Positions 9,670-21,314 of a DNA stretch of 64,000 nucleotides are shown in pieces (the first letter of the stretch is position 1; each line of letters begins with the position of its first letter). Under the pieces are notes generated by a model. That model did not search any database, was not told the origin of the DNA, and worked only from the letters and a program-made list of their open reading frames with translations. The position numbers were made by a program, and so were the translations under genes. Origin of the DNA: Calditrichia bacterium (GTDB lineage Bacteria; Calditrichota; Calditrichia; JAJRVZ01); assembly GCA_963796965.1 (NCBI GenBank), contig CAWCNS010000007.1:160001-224000 (forward strand). The letters are read 5' to 3'.

Positions 9670-10116
9670 TTATTTTTTTACTTTCTTCTTTTGCTGGCAG
9701 GAATCACAGGTCCCGCGATATTCCATGCGATAATCTTCGATAATAAATCCATATCTATTTTTTAAGGTCTGGGAGGAAACAGGCAGTTCAAGCATATAAT
9801 CTGTGATATTCCCACAGACAGTACAGACCAGATTGATATGTGGTTTAAGATTGGTATCATATCTATTATCCGCATGTTCAAAATCTATCTCTTTGATTAA
9901 CTCCATGTTAACAAGTGTATTTATTGTGTTATAGACCGTGGCCAGACTAATCCAGGCGTGGGTCGGTTGGAGAGCGCGAAAAATTTGTTGAGCGCTTGGA
10001 TGGTCGGTGCGACCAGCAATATATTCGATTATGGCTTTACGTTGTCTGGTCATTCTAAAGCCTGCATCCTTTAGTGTATCCAGAAAATCCTCAGTATTAT
10101 AGTGACTCATTTTCAA
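9670..10116 (-). CDS. perR: Fur-family transcriptional repressor, PerR-like
   Basis: MTRQR, DHPSA, SLATVYN, RYD, CxxC...CxxC, ITD. Confidence 0.8.
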   Translation of the reverse strand: MKMSHYNTEDFLDTLKDAGFRMTRQRKAIIEYIAGRTDHPSAQQIFRALQPTHAWISLATVYNTINTLVNMELIKEIDFEHADNRYDTNLKPHINLVCTVCGNITDYMLELPVSSQTLKNRYGFIIEDYRMEYRGTCDSCQQKKKVKK

Positions 10117-10602
10117 ATTCTTTAAAATTTACTTAATTCAATATAAGAAATAATTAATTATTTTGTTGTTACTATAATAGAAAAAATCATAATATTAATC
10201 CTCAATAAGAAAAAATACATACATAATCATAATTGAAATAGATTTAATTATTTATATCCTAGTCCCAACTGGGTTAGACATGCTAAAAAATGCTTCCGAC
10301 TTTATTTATATATAGACTTTGCCTATTTTCTAAAAGTCTACTTAATTGTATATCTGATTTTAAACACAAAGTTCGCCAAGAAGGCACAAAGTACACAAAG
10401 ATATAAAGCAATAAAAAATTAAGAATTTAGAATTATGAATTTGAGTAGGAAATAATAAATATTAAAGTGGTTTCATTTGTCTTTTTACATTCTTAATTCA
10501 TAATTATTAATTCTAAATTTCTAATAGTTCTTTGTACCTTTGAAATCTTGTCCCGAAGGGATTCCTTATTTTACACATATTTCAACATTTAATGGAGATG
10601 GT

Positions 10603-11160
10603 ATGAACAAACTAATCCCGCAAAAGATGTTTTTTACGAAAGGTGTTGGCCATCACCGGAACCAATTGCAAAGTTTTGAAGTTGCTCTGCGGAATAGCGG
10701 AATTGAATGTTGCAATCTGGTTTATGTCTCAAGTATTTTTCCACCAGCGTGTAAAATTATATCGCGGCCGGCTGGTATTAAATTGATTAAACCAGGACAA
10801 ATAACCTTCGTGGTGATGGCCAAGGCTGCAACTAATGAACCGAACAGGCTTGCAGCAGCCTCGATCGGTTTGGCACAACCCATAGATAGTAATCAATATG
10901 GATATATCAGTGAACATCATGCTTTTGGTGAGACAAAACAGAAAGCATCAGATTTTGCCGAAGACCTTGCCGCCACTATGTTAGCCTCCACATTAGGCAT
11001 AGAATTGGATATTGATAAAGCCTGGAATGAGCGCAAACAGTTATATATTACCGATAAAAACCGCCAATTTAAGTCCAGAAGTATCGCTCAAACAGCTGAG
11101 GGTCATAAAGATGGTTTGTGGACCACCGTTCTGGCATGTGCTGTGATGCTGTTAGACTAA
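10603..11160 (+). CDS. pdaD: Pyruvoyl-dependent arginine decarboxylase
   Basis: FFTKGVG, SFEVALR, NLVYVSSIFP (Ser-Ser self-cleavage site), YGYISEH. Confidence 0.9.
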   Translation: MNKLIPQKMFFTKGVGHHRNQLQSFEVALRNSGIECCNLVYVSSIFPPACKIISRPAGIKLIKPGQITFVVMAKAATNEPNRLAAASIGLAQPIDSNQYGYISEHHAFGETKQKASDFAEDLAATMLASTLGIELDIDKAWNERKQLYITDKNRQFKSRSIAQTAEGHKDGLWTTVLACAVMLLD

Positions 11161-11294
11161 ATAGTACTTGTCCATAAAGTAGGTATACACTAATTTAGGA
11201 ATCTCGATACACTTCGTTACGGAATTCGATATTCAATATATTTCTATTATTCTGGCAAAATTAACAAACACAAAATAGAGGAGAAAAAACCCGA

Positions 11295-12362
11295 ATGCTA
11301 CATAAGTCATTATTCGAGGATGCTTCGGATATCATACCAGTTCCCCTGGTAAAGGGAATGACCATAGAACAACTTATCCGATACATGGGGCAGACATCTT
11401 TTGAAGCGCGAAATGTATATCGGGGAGCCAAATTATTTAAAAAAATGATAATGGAAAATGATGTTATCTGGTTGGGTATTGCAGGAGCCGGAATTGCTGG
11501 TGGTATGGGAGGAATGGTAATATCCCTGATTGAGTCAGGATATATTGATGTTATCTGTTCCACCGGTGCCCAGGTGTACCATGATCTTCATTTTGCGTTT
11601 GATTTACCGGTCAAAGCGATTAATCCAAATTGGGATGACAATCAACTTCGTGAACACGGTGATACCAGGATATATGATATTGGGATCAGAGAGAAAGAAA
11701 CTCTAGAAGCACAGGATAAAATTATTCAAAGATTTATAAAGGAGGAATATAACTTTCTTTCAGAGTCAAATCTGGCCAGCTGGGAATTTAATTATCATCT
11801 TGGGAAATGGACAAAAGAAAATGCAAAATATCCGGAACGCAGCTTTGTGGTAAAGGCATTTGAATGTGGCGTTCCCATATTTTGGGATTCGCAATCAAAT
11901 CATTCTATTGCCATGAATCTGACTCTAACAGATAGACTAGGATATCCGGTTGTCCTGTCTTCTCAGAAAGATATATTTGACTCTGCTGCATTATCATTCT
12001 CTTCCGGAGGCACCAGTTTTATTGAATTGGGTGGGGGGGGACCCAAAAACTTTATTCAACAGACCGGGCCGACAATCAGCCAAATCCTATCTATTAATTT
12101 TGAAGGAGCAGAGCGGGGATTACAAATTGGTACTGCTGTCGAAAGAGAAGGAAGCTTGTCCGGTTGTACGTTTGGGGAGGCTGTGACATGGGGGAAGTAT
12201 CGGGAAGATGATCCAAATAAATTAGTACAGATTTGGGGCGAATACAGTCTTATTTTTCCTCTATTAACAGCTTATGTAATAGATGGGTGCACGCCACGTG
12301 TAAAAAAGAAATTATGTCAGCAGATTCCGCAGTTCAATCAAGAATTAGAAGAAGCCAGATGA
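11295..12362 (+). CDS. Deoxyhypusine synthase-like protein (polyamine aminobutyl transferase)
   Basis: FEARN, STGA, GGGGPKNF, GSLSG, EAVTWGK with catalytic Lys. Confidence 0.88.
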   Translation: MLHKSLFEDASDIIPVPLVKGMTIEQLIRYMGQTSFEARNVYRGAKLFKKMIMENDVIWLGIAGAGIAGGMGGMVISLIESGYIDVICSTGAQVYHDLHFAFDLPVKAINPNWDDNQLREHGDTRIYDIGIREKETLEAQDKIIQRFIKEEYNFLSESNLASWEFNYHLGKWTKENAKYPERSFVVKAFECGVPIFWDSQSNHSIAMNLTLTDRLGYPVVLSSQKDIFDSAALSFSSGGTSFIELGGGGPKNFIQQTGPTISQILSINFEGAERGLQIGTAVEREGSLSGCTFGEAVTWGKYREDDPNKLVQIWGEYSLIFPLLTAYVIDGCTPRVKKKLCQQIPQFNQELEEAR

Positions 12363-13225
12363 AATTACATAAAACACAATTTTTAGGAATTAAACAGGAA
12401 GAGATAAATTACGATAATGCTGGAGTAGTTCTTGTCCCATTTGGCTATGAGGGGGGTGTCTCTTATGGAAAGGGTACGGCGATGGGGCCGGAGGCGATTT
12501 TTGATGCTTCACACCATCTGGAAATTTATGATGAAGAACTCGATACCGAACCGTGTGATATTGGAATTTGTACTGTTGAAGCAGTAAAGATGCCCTCAGA
12601 CGGAACTGAAATGGTTCAGAAAATTTATCAAACCACAAAAAAAATGCTCTCAGATGACAAGTTTATTGTGTCAGTCGGCGGAGATCATTCGATTACGACG
12701 GGCTATAGTAAGGCATTAGTGGAGAAATACCCGATTCTATCCGTGATTCAAATAGATGCCCATGCGGATTTGCGCCATTCCTATGAGGGAAGTATCTATA
12801 GCCATGCTTCAACGATGGCCAGAATCCTGGAAATGACGCCGCACACCCTGCAATTGGGTATACGCAGCATGTCTAAACCGGAATCTCTTCGGGTAAAAAA
12901 TGAGCAGCTCTCATTGTACACGATGGATATGATCAGGAGGGACGATTTTAGTCTGGAATCTGTCATTAAAAACTTACCAGATCCTGTTTTTATAACTTTT
13001 GATGTTGATGTTTTTGATTGGAGTGTGGTTAGAAGTACAGGTACGCCTGAGCCAGGTGGTCTTCTTTGGAGCGAGGCGATGAAGATGCTAAAGTCCATTT
13101 TTGCTAATAAGAATATTGTCGGTTTTGATGTGGTTGAACTTGCCTATAATGAAAACGATCCAAATTCCGCCTTTGCAGTTGCGAAGCTTATATATAAAAT
13201 GATTGGCTATAAATATTATCTATAG
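12359..13225 (+). CDS. speB: Agmatinase / ureohydrolase
   Basis: GGDHS, DAHAD, SHAS, DVDVFD, TGTPEPGG; ATGA overlap. Confidence 0.9.
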   Translation: MKLHKTQFLGIKQEEINYDNAGVVLVPFGYEGGVSYGKGTAMGPEAIFDASHHLEIYDEELDTEPCDIGICTVEAVKMPSDGTEMVQKIYQTTKKMLSDDKFIVSVGGDHSITTGYSKALVEKYPILSVIQIDAHADLRHSYEGSIYSHASTMARILEMTPHTLQLGIRSMSKPESLRVKNEQLSLYTMDMIRRDDFSLESVIKNLPDPVFITFDVDVFDWSVVRSTGTPEPGGLLWSEAMKMLKSIFANKNIVGFDVVELAYNENDPNSAFAVAKLIYKMIGYKYYL

Positions 13226-13253
13226 ATTACCATCTTATTTTATCGAAAAAGAT

Positions 13254-15113
13254 ATGAATTTTAAATTATATATTATCATTTTATCCTTGGTTCTTATTAA
13301 TTCGGCCTGTAAGGATATTATATCCCAAGATGAACGTCCGAATATTGTTTGGATAACTTCTGAGGACAACTCAAAACACTATCTAAAATTATTCGATAAA
13401 AATGGCGTTGAGACTCCAAATATTGCATCACTTGCTAAGCAAGGTTTATTGTTTACCCGGGCCTTCTCAAATTCACCTGTATGCAGTGCTGCCCGTTCTA
13501 CTTTGATATCTGGATGTTATGGTCCGCGCTTAGCTTCACACTATCATCGTAAAATAGAAAAAGTGGCGATGCCTGAGGGTCTTAAAATGTTTCCTGCGTA
13601 TTTAAGACAGGCAGGCTATTATACAACAAACAATTATAAAGAAGACTACAATATCATTAAGACCAGTGATGTCTGGGACGAATCTTCAAAAACAGCGACA
13701 TGGAAAAATCGAAAAGAGGGCCAACCCTTTTTTCATGTACAAAATATTCATACAACACATGAAAGTCGTCTGCATTTTACATTGGAAGATATGGAATCCT
13801 CCAAAACAAATACTAATCTAAACTCAATTACAGTTCAACCTAATCATCCTCAAACGCGTCTTTTTAAATACACCAATGCCTATTACCGGGATAAGATTGT
13901 TGAAATGGATCAACAGGTCGGTGAGGTGGTTGAAAATCTTAAACAAGATGGGCTCCTTAAGAATACATTTATTTTTTACTTTGCTGATCATGGAGGTGTT
14001 TTACCCGGAAGTAAGGGGTATTTATATGAAACAGGACTGCACATTCCATTAGTTGTCTACGTCCCTGAAAAGTTCAAACATCTAAATGATGCGGATCCTG
14101 GCGAGGTTGTAAATGGGTTTGTGAGCTTTGTGGATTTTGCTCCCACCGTTTTGAACCTGGCTGGAGTTGATATTCCCTCATCTCTGGATGGGAAGCCTTT
14201 CCTGGGAAAAAATGTTGATATGGAAGAGGTCATTAAACGGGATATTTCTTATAGTTACGCTGACAGGTTTGATGAAAAATACGATATGGTGAGAGCAGTC
14301 AGACGAGGTAAATACAAATATATTCGGAGTTATCAGCCTTTCAACTTTGATGGGATGAGAAACAACTACCGTTACAAACAACTGGCCTACCAGGAATGGC
14401 TGAGAATGTATCAGAAGGGTAAATTGAATAATATCCAGTCGGCTTTTTTTGAACCGCGCGCCCCAGAGTTACTCTTCGATATCGAATCAGATCCCTACGA
14501 AACAAAAAATCTTGCTTCCGGTCCCCAGTACCGGGAAATATTACAGATGATGCGTACCCTGTTAACGAACTGGGTTGAAGATATGCCGGACCTTTCTTTT
14601 TATCCTGAAAGCTATTTAGTGGAAAATGCATTTGATAATATTGAAAAATTTAGCAGGAAACATAGGCCGGAGATACTTAAATTGAGGAATATTGCGGATC
14701 TGTCTTGTAATGATTTTAGTAAGACAGGACCCATTCTGAAAACGATTTTGAATTCAGATCATGAGTTTGAAAGATACTGGGGATTAATCGTTTGCAGTAG
14801 TTATGGTGAGGACGCGCGAGGCTTTATTCCTGACGCAAAAATGATCTCACAAAAGGATCCTTCCCTACTTGTCAGAGTGCGTGCTGCAGAGTTTTTAGCG
14901 ATTGTTGGCGCGGAGAATCCTAACCAGGTTATGTCTGAAGCCTTGTATCAAACCAGGGATGGGGTTGAAGCGCTTCTAATCTTAAATTCAATAATACGAG
15001 CACGGGATGGCCAACCAGGCTATGATTTTAATCTTCATGTAGATCGAATTGATCCTAAAGTGAAAGAAATGAATGAAGTAAAACGAAGATTGCACTATCT
15101 TAATTTACTATAG
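13254..15113 (+). CDS. Sulfatase (S1 family) lipoprotein with C-terminal HEAT-like repeats
   Basis: Lipobox INSAC; PNIVWITSED, CSAARS, DHG. Confidence 0.88.
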   Translation: MNFKLYIIILSLVLINSACKDIISQDERPNIVWITSEDNSKHYLKLFDKNGVETPNIASLAKQGLLFTRAFSNSPVCSAARSTLISGCYGPRLASHYHRKIEKVAMPEGLKMFPAYLRQAGYYTTNNYKEDYNIIKTSDVWDESSKTATWKNRKEGQPFFHVQNIHTTHESRLHFTLEDMESSKTNTNLNSITVQPNHPQTRLFKYTNAYYRDKIVEMDQQVGEVVENLKQDGLLKNTFIFYFADHGGVLPGSKGYLYETGLHIPLVVYVPEKFKHLNDADPGEVVNGFVSFVDFAPTVLNLAGVDIPSSLDGKPFLGKNVDMEEVIKRDISYSYADRFDEKYDMVRAVRRGKYKYIRSYQPFNFDGMRNNYRYKQLAYQEWLRMYQKGKLNNIQSAFFEPRAPELLFDIESDPYETKNLASGPQYREILQMMRTLLTNWVEDMPDLSFYPESYLVENAFDNIEKFSRKHRPEILKLRNIADLSCNDFSKTGPILKTILNSDHEFERYWGLIVCSSYGEDARGFIPDAKMISQKDPSLLVRVRAAEFLAIVGAENPNQVMSEALYQTRDGVEALLILNSIIRARDGQPGYDFNLHVDRIDPKVKEMNEVKRRLHYLNLL

Positions 15114-15156
15114 AACAGTATGTTTAAAATAGTTAATTCATTAAAGAGGGAATACT

Positions 15157-16773
15157 ATGTATAGAAATCACATCCTTATCGCGATAATAATTGTTACTTT
15201 AACTCTGATAATATCTTCCTGTAGCCAGGAAAATAAAAAGCCAAATATTGTTTTCATTATGTCTGATGACCATGCTTATCAGGCGATTAGTGCATATACC
15301 GACAAATTGATCAATACGCCAAATATAGACAGGATTGCACAGGAAGGTATGTTGTTTAGCAATGCTTGTGTCACAAATTCAATTTGTGCCCCTTCCCGGG
15401 CAACGATTCTAACCGGAAAACATACACATATTAATGGAAAAATTGATAATCGCATGGCCATTTGACACCACCAATATTACTTTTCCTCAAATTTTGCATG
15501 ATGCCGGCTATCAAACGGCGATGTTTGGAAAATTACATTTTGGAAATAATCCAAAGGGATTTGATGAGTTTAAGATTTTGCCCGGGCAGGGAAGATATTA
15601 TAATCCTGATTTAATCACCAATACAGGTGATACGACAATTATTGGTTATACAACTGACATTATCACTGATTTAACTTTAGACTGGTTGGAAAACAGGAGA
15701 GTTGAAGGACAAACCATTTCTCTTAATGTATTTGCACAAGGCCCCACATCGTCCATGGTTACCGGCAGAACGACATTTAGAGAGTATATTAATAAGACAT
15801 TTCCTGAACCTGAAACCTTGTTTGATACCTATGAAGGACGAGGAACAGCCGCCAAAACAGCAGAAATGAATTTACTCAAACACATGCATTTTGGACATGA
15901 TTCAAAAATATATCCTCAAGTAATGGCTGAATTGGGTATCACACCCTGAAGCAGACGGGATACGGCCTCTGTGACAAATATGATGAATCGGTTTACCGAA
16001 GAACAACGAAGCCTGGAAATCGGTCTACGATCCCATGAATGAAGAATTCAGAAAGATCTATCCAAATATGTCAGATGAAGATATGATGAGATGGAAATAT
16101 CAACGCTATATGCAGGATTATCTGGCTTGCATCGCCGCCGTTGATGAAAATGTTGGCAGATTGTTGGATTATCTTGACAAGAATGGTTTATCGAAGAATA
16201 CTCTTATCGTTTATACCTCTGATCAGGGATTTTATTTAGGTGAGCATGGATGGTTCGATAAACGTTTCATCTATAATGAATCATTTAAAACACCCCTATT
16301 AATCAAATGGCCCAACGTTATAAAACCGGGTACAACAAATGATGAAATGGTTCAAAATCTCGATTTTGCTCAAACTTTTCTTGAGGCTGCCGGTGTTCAG
16401 GCTCCATACAGATATGCAAGGAGAGAGTCTAATGCCTCTGTTGAAGGGAGATACCGATCGCTGGGAACGTGATGCCGTTTACTATCAGTATTACGAATAT
16501 CCAAGTGTCCATATGGTAAAGCGTCATTATGGAATCGTTACAAAAGAGTACAAACTAGCCCATTTTTATTATGATGTGGATGAGTGGGAATTGTATGACC
16601 GTCTGAAAGATCCATATGAGATAAAAAATGTCTATCATGAGCCTGCATATGCTGAAACTGTTGTCAAACTTAAAATGAAATTGAAAAATATTCGCAAAAA
16701 GTATAAGGATTCAGATGAATTAGATCAGAAGTTTATACAGATATATAGAGATCGGGGTTATATTAAAGATTAG
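15157..16773 (+). CDS. Sulfatase lipoprotein, frameshifted in this sequence (4+ fragments)
   Basis: [37 protein letters not shown] in successive frames. Confidence 0.85.
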
Positions 16774-16937
16774 TATGATGTAATTCCGGATAATCCATGG
16801 AAGAAATCTCTTGTGGGATTAAGAGGAATAAAAAGGTTTTTGAATAGGAATTTGGGATTCGGAATTTGTATAAATAGGTGTCCGATGATTGGGTTTTGCA
16901 CTGGATTATAAATTATACGATTGGTGGGGAGATTCAT

Positions 16938-18428
16938 ATGAGTAGAAAGATTATTTTAGAAGTTATGGCCCTCTTTATGCTGTGTTTCTTTTTTATAAGT
17001 GCAAATCAGAGCAGAAAAAGAGAACAGGCCAAATATCCTTTTCATTATGACGGATCAGCAAAGTGCAACGATGCTTAGTTGTAGTGGTAATAAGTATCTT
17101 AAAACGCCAAATCTTGATAAACTTGCAAAGAGTGGGGTGCGATTTGAGAAAGCATATGCTGCCAATCCGGTCTGTGTTCCATCCAGATTTAGCATACAAA
17201 CGGGACTCTATCCCTCAGCGATAGAAATGAGACATAATGGTAGTGATTTTAATAAAGCCCGCAATACAGCCATTATGAAAAACTCATTAGGAAATGTATT
17301 TAAAAATGCCGGATATGATACTTATTATGGCGGGAAAATTCATTTACCGGGAGGCTCTCAAGGGATAGAGGCATTTGGCTATGAATTGATAACCCTGGAT
17401 GAAAGAGATTTGCTTGCTCGAAAAAATTGCGTCATTTTTGATCAACAGGAAAGAAAGCGATAAACCTTTCCTTTGTTTTACATCATTCATAAATCCACAT
17501 GATATATGTTATGATGCAATCCGTTATTTCCAGCCTGAAAGTCAACTGGCCAAAAATACACCAAAACAGCTTGATAATGCTTCCATTGTTCCTCCAAATG
17601 TATCAGAAAAGGAATTTTACGAGGAATTTTGTCCTCCTTTGCCGATTAATTTTGAAATTACATCCAACGAACCTGATGCAATTGATAGTCTGCTGATAAG
17701 ACGATCGTTTCGAAAAAATGCACGAGAAAAGTGGGACGATTTACAACTGGCGGATGCATCGCTGGAAATATCACCGGCTAACGGAATATGTGGATTCTCA
17801 GATTGGTATAGTATTAGATGCTTTAGAAAAATCGGTATATGGAAAAAATACAATCGTAATATTTACATCGGATCATGGAGATATGGATGCCGCACACCGT
17901 TTAGAGCATAAATCCTTTTTTTATGAGGAAGCATCGCGTATACCATTTATTATTTCTGGAAAAAAAATTGTTGAAGGTAAAGTTGATTATACAACTTTGG
18001 TGAATAATGGCGTTGACCTCTTACCCACATTGTGTGACCTGGCAGGTATAAAATCCCCGGTAGGATTGCCAGGCAAATCTATAGCACACTCGCTTATTGG
18101 TAAGAATATAGAAAATAATGCACAGCGTATCTATTTAGAGAATGAAATTGGCTATATGGTAACAGATGGACGATATAAATATGCAATCTATAACACCGGT
18201 AAAACAAATGAATTATTAATCGACCTTAAAACCGATCCGGGAGAGATGCACAACCTTGCTCTAAACAGTCGGTATATATCTATGAAAACAGAGCTAAGAG
18301 ATATGCTCTTTGGGAATCTCAAGAACCGCTTAAGGATGTTGGTTACAACATATGGTGATGCACCTGAAGATTATCATGAAATGAATGAAATACTAAAACT
18401 CATTGAATTAAAAAGCAAAAATGAGTAG
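16938..18428 (+). CDS. Sulfatase (choline-sulfatase-like), frameshifted
   Basis: PNILFIMTDQQ, CVPSR, GKIH, NPHD, SDHGD across fragments. Confidence 0.85.
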
Positions 18429-18516
18429 AAATATTTGAGATTAAAACGATGGATGATAAGATGGTCATATGATCTGAATAAGAAAGGATCAATAATTAGA
18501 TATAGCGAGGTAAATT

Positions 18517-21295
18517 ATGAAAACATATTTTAAAATGTATCATACTATAAGTCGGATTTTTCTTTTTACTATTTTACTCATACCCGGAATAATATTAGCT
18601 GAGGAGGACCTGGTGTTACAGAACTTAAAAGTCGAATACAAGATAAATCCTCTTGGTATTGATGTCATGAAACCGAGGCTGAGTTGGGAAATTCGATCTG
18701 ATAAACAAAATACCATGCAAACAGCCTATGAGTTACGATGCTCTGCGTCAGAATCACAGATTCAGAAGGATGAGAATCTTATTTGGAAGGTTAAGGAATC
18801 TTCAGACCAGTCCATCCATGTGCCTTACGAGGGACCTGACTTACAATCAAGACAGCGGGTTTACTGGCAGGTAAGGATTTGGGATAATCACGGACGTGTG
18901 TCAGATTGGAGTAAAGCAAGCTTTCTGGGAAATGGGTTTATTGCATGTAAGTGATTGGCAGGCAGAATGGATTGAAGCAGAGATTGAAGAGGATATCACA
19001 ATCCCTCAACCAGCCCAGTATTTAAGAAGGACTTTTAAGAAAAAAACAGAGATAAAATTAGCACGACTATATATTACAAGTCATGGACTTTATGAGACCT
19101 TTCTTAATGGAAAACGGATTGGTGATCAGGTATTTACGCCCGGATGGACAAGTTATAATAAACAGTTACAATATCAGGTATATGATGTATCGGAATTGCT
19201 TTCCGATGGTGAAAACGTCATGGGTGTAACTCTTGGTGATGGATGGTACAGAGGATACCTGGCCTGGAAAGACCGGAAAAATGTTTATGGAGAATCGTTA
19301 GGATTACTTGCCCAACTCGAAATAGTCTATGAGGATGGAGAAAAACAGGTTGTGGTCACAGATGAGAGATGGAAATCTACCAATAATGGCCCCATTATTA
19401 TGTCTGATATTTATATGGGGGAAACCTACGATGCTCAAAAAGAAATGCCCGGGTGGGCCACAAATGATTTTAATGATGATTCATGGAAGAGATGTAATAT
19501 CATAAGAAGTCTGAAAAATCACCTGGTGGCATCATTCGGCCCACCTGTGAAAAAAATTGAAGAAGTAAAACCAGTTAAAATCATCCCGAAAGATAACGGT
19601 AGATATATTATTGATATGGGTCAAAATATGGTTGGGTGGTTGCGGTTAAAAATTACAGCGGAAAAGGGATCGCAAGTAATCGTAAGGCATACTGAAGTTC
19701 TTGATAAATATGGAGAATTTTATACCGAGAATCTGCGCGCTGCAAAGCAAACCATCATCTATACCTGCAGAGGAGGGGGTGAAGAGATATTTGAACCTCA
19801 TTTTTCTTTTCAGGGTTTTCGATTTGTTGAGTTATCCGGATTCCCTGGTAAGCCCGATCTCGAAAGTATTACTGGGATTGTGATACATTCAGACATGACA
19901 CCGACGGGAAGTTTTATTTGCTCTGATGATCTAATCAACCAATTACAGCACAATATTCAATGGGGATTAAAAGGAAATTTTCTTGATGTTCCGACGGACT
20001 GTCCACAACGGGATGAACGCCTGGGTTGGACTGGTGATGCTCAGGTCTTTGCGCCGACGGCCTGTTTCAATGTTGATGCCGCCGCTTTTTATACAAAATG
20101 GATGAAAGATCTGGCCCTGGATCAGGGTGAGGATGGAAAAGTAAATGATGTCATTCCCGATGTATTAAATGGAGGTGGTGGACATACAGGCTGGGCGGAT
20201 GCATCGATTGTTATGCCCTGGACAGTATACCTGAATTATGGTGATAAAAGAATTCTTGCAGAATCAATATGAAAGTATGAAAGCCTGGATTGGCTATATG
20301 GAGAATAAAGCCGGTGATATCTTATCTCTGGCAAAATGATCAACATTACGGTGATTGGCTTTCCTATGCTTCTACCAGCTCAGCCTATATGGGGGCTTAT
20401 ACAGAAACGGATCTCATCGCTTCAGCCTATTTTGCCTATTCATCCACTTTGATGAGCAAAATCGCTAGGATACTGGGCCGTTCGGAAGATGCCAGGCAAT
20501 ACCAGGAACTGGCTGACAAGATTAAGAAGGCATTTTTTAATGAATTTGTTACACCCAATGGCAGACTTGTATCCCATACGCAAACAGCTTACACCTTAGC
20601 GCTTGCAATGGATATCTTACCGGACTCATTTCGTAAAAAAGCGGCAGAATATCTTAACCAAAACGTTAAACGGTTTGAACATATCACCACCGGATTCCTC
20701 GGTACACCACTCATCTCTCAGACATTAACTGACTATGGATATCTTGATACAGCCTTATATGCTGCTCAATCGCAAAGAATATCCCTCCTGGTTATATCCG
20801 GTTACCATGGGGGCAACAACAATATGGGAAAGGTGGGATGGAATAAAACCGGATTCTACGTTTCAAAACCCTGGTATGAACTCCCTTAATCATTATGCTT
20901 ATGGAGCAATTGGTAAGTGGCTGTACAGTACAGTGGCCGGAATTGATATTGATGAAGAATATCCCGGTTACAAGAATATCATAATCAAGCCACATCCTGG
21001 AGGTGGATTAACCCATGCCAAAGCGGAGATTAATACCATGTATGGTGTTGCATCTTCTTCATGGGAGATGGAGGGTGATCAAATTTTATTAAATATAGTT
21101 ATCCCTGTAAATTCGATTTCTAATATATATTTACCGGTTAATGATTTAGAAACAGTTGTCGTGGATGATAAATCTGTAACTGAAAATAGTGAAGTGAACA
21201 TAGTGAGACCTAAAGATGGCAGGCCATATATAAAATCAGGATCCGGATCTTATAAAATGATTTTTAAACACAAAACTGTTGAAAAGAATAAGTAA
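18517..21295 (+). CDS. Alpha-L-rhamnosidase GH78, frameshifted
   Basis: PRLSW, DMGQNMVG, PTDCPQRDERLGWTGDA, GATTIWERW, MNSLNHY. Confidence 0.9.
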
Positions 21296-21314
21296 TGCCA
21301 ATTCTGAAGGGATA

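Noticed and set aside
10540..10602. N-terminal extension MKSCPEGIP of pdaD
   Set aside because: Derived from an intergenic palindrome; ATG 10603 has an SD and fits the family start
12033..12040. Poly-G tract as a phase-variation switch in the DHS-like gene
   Set aside because: Encodes the conserved GGG motif in frame
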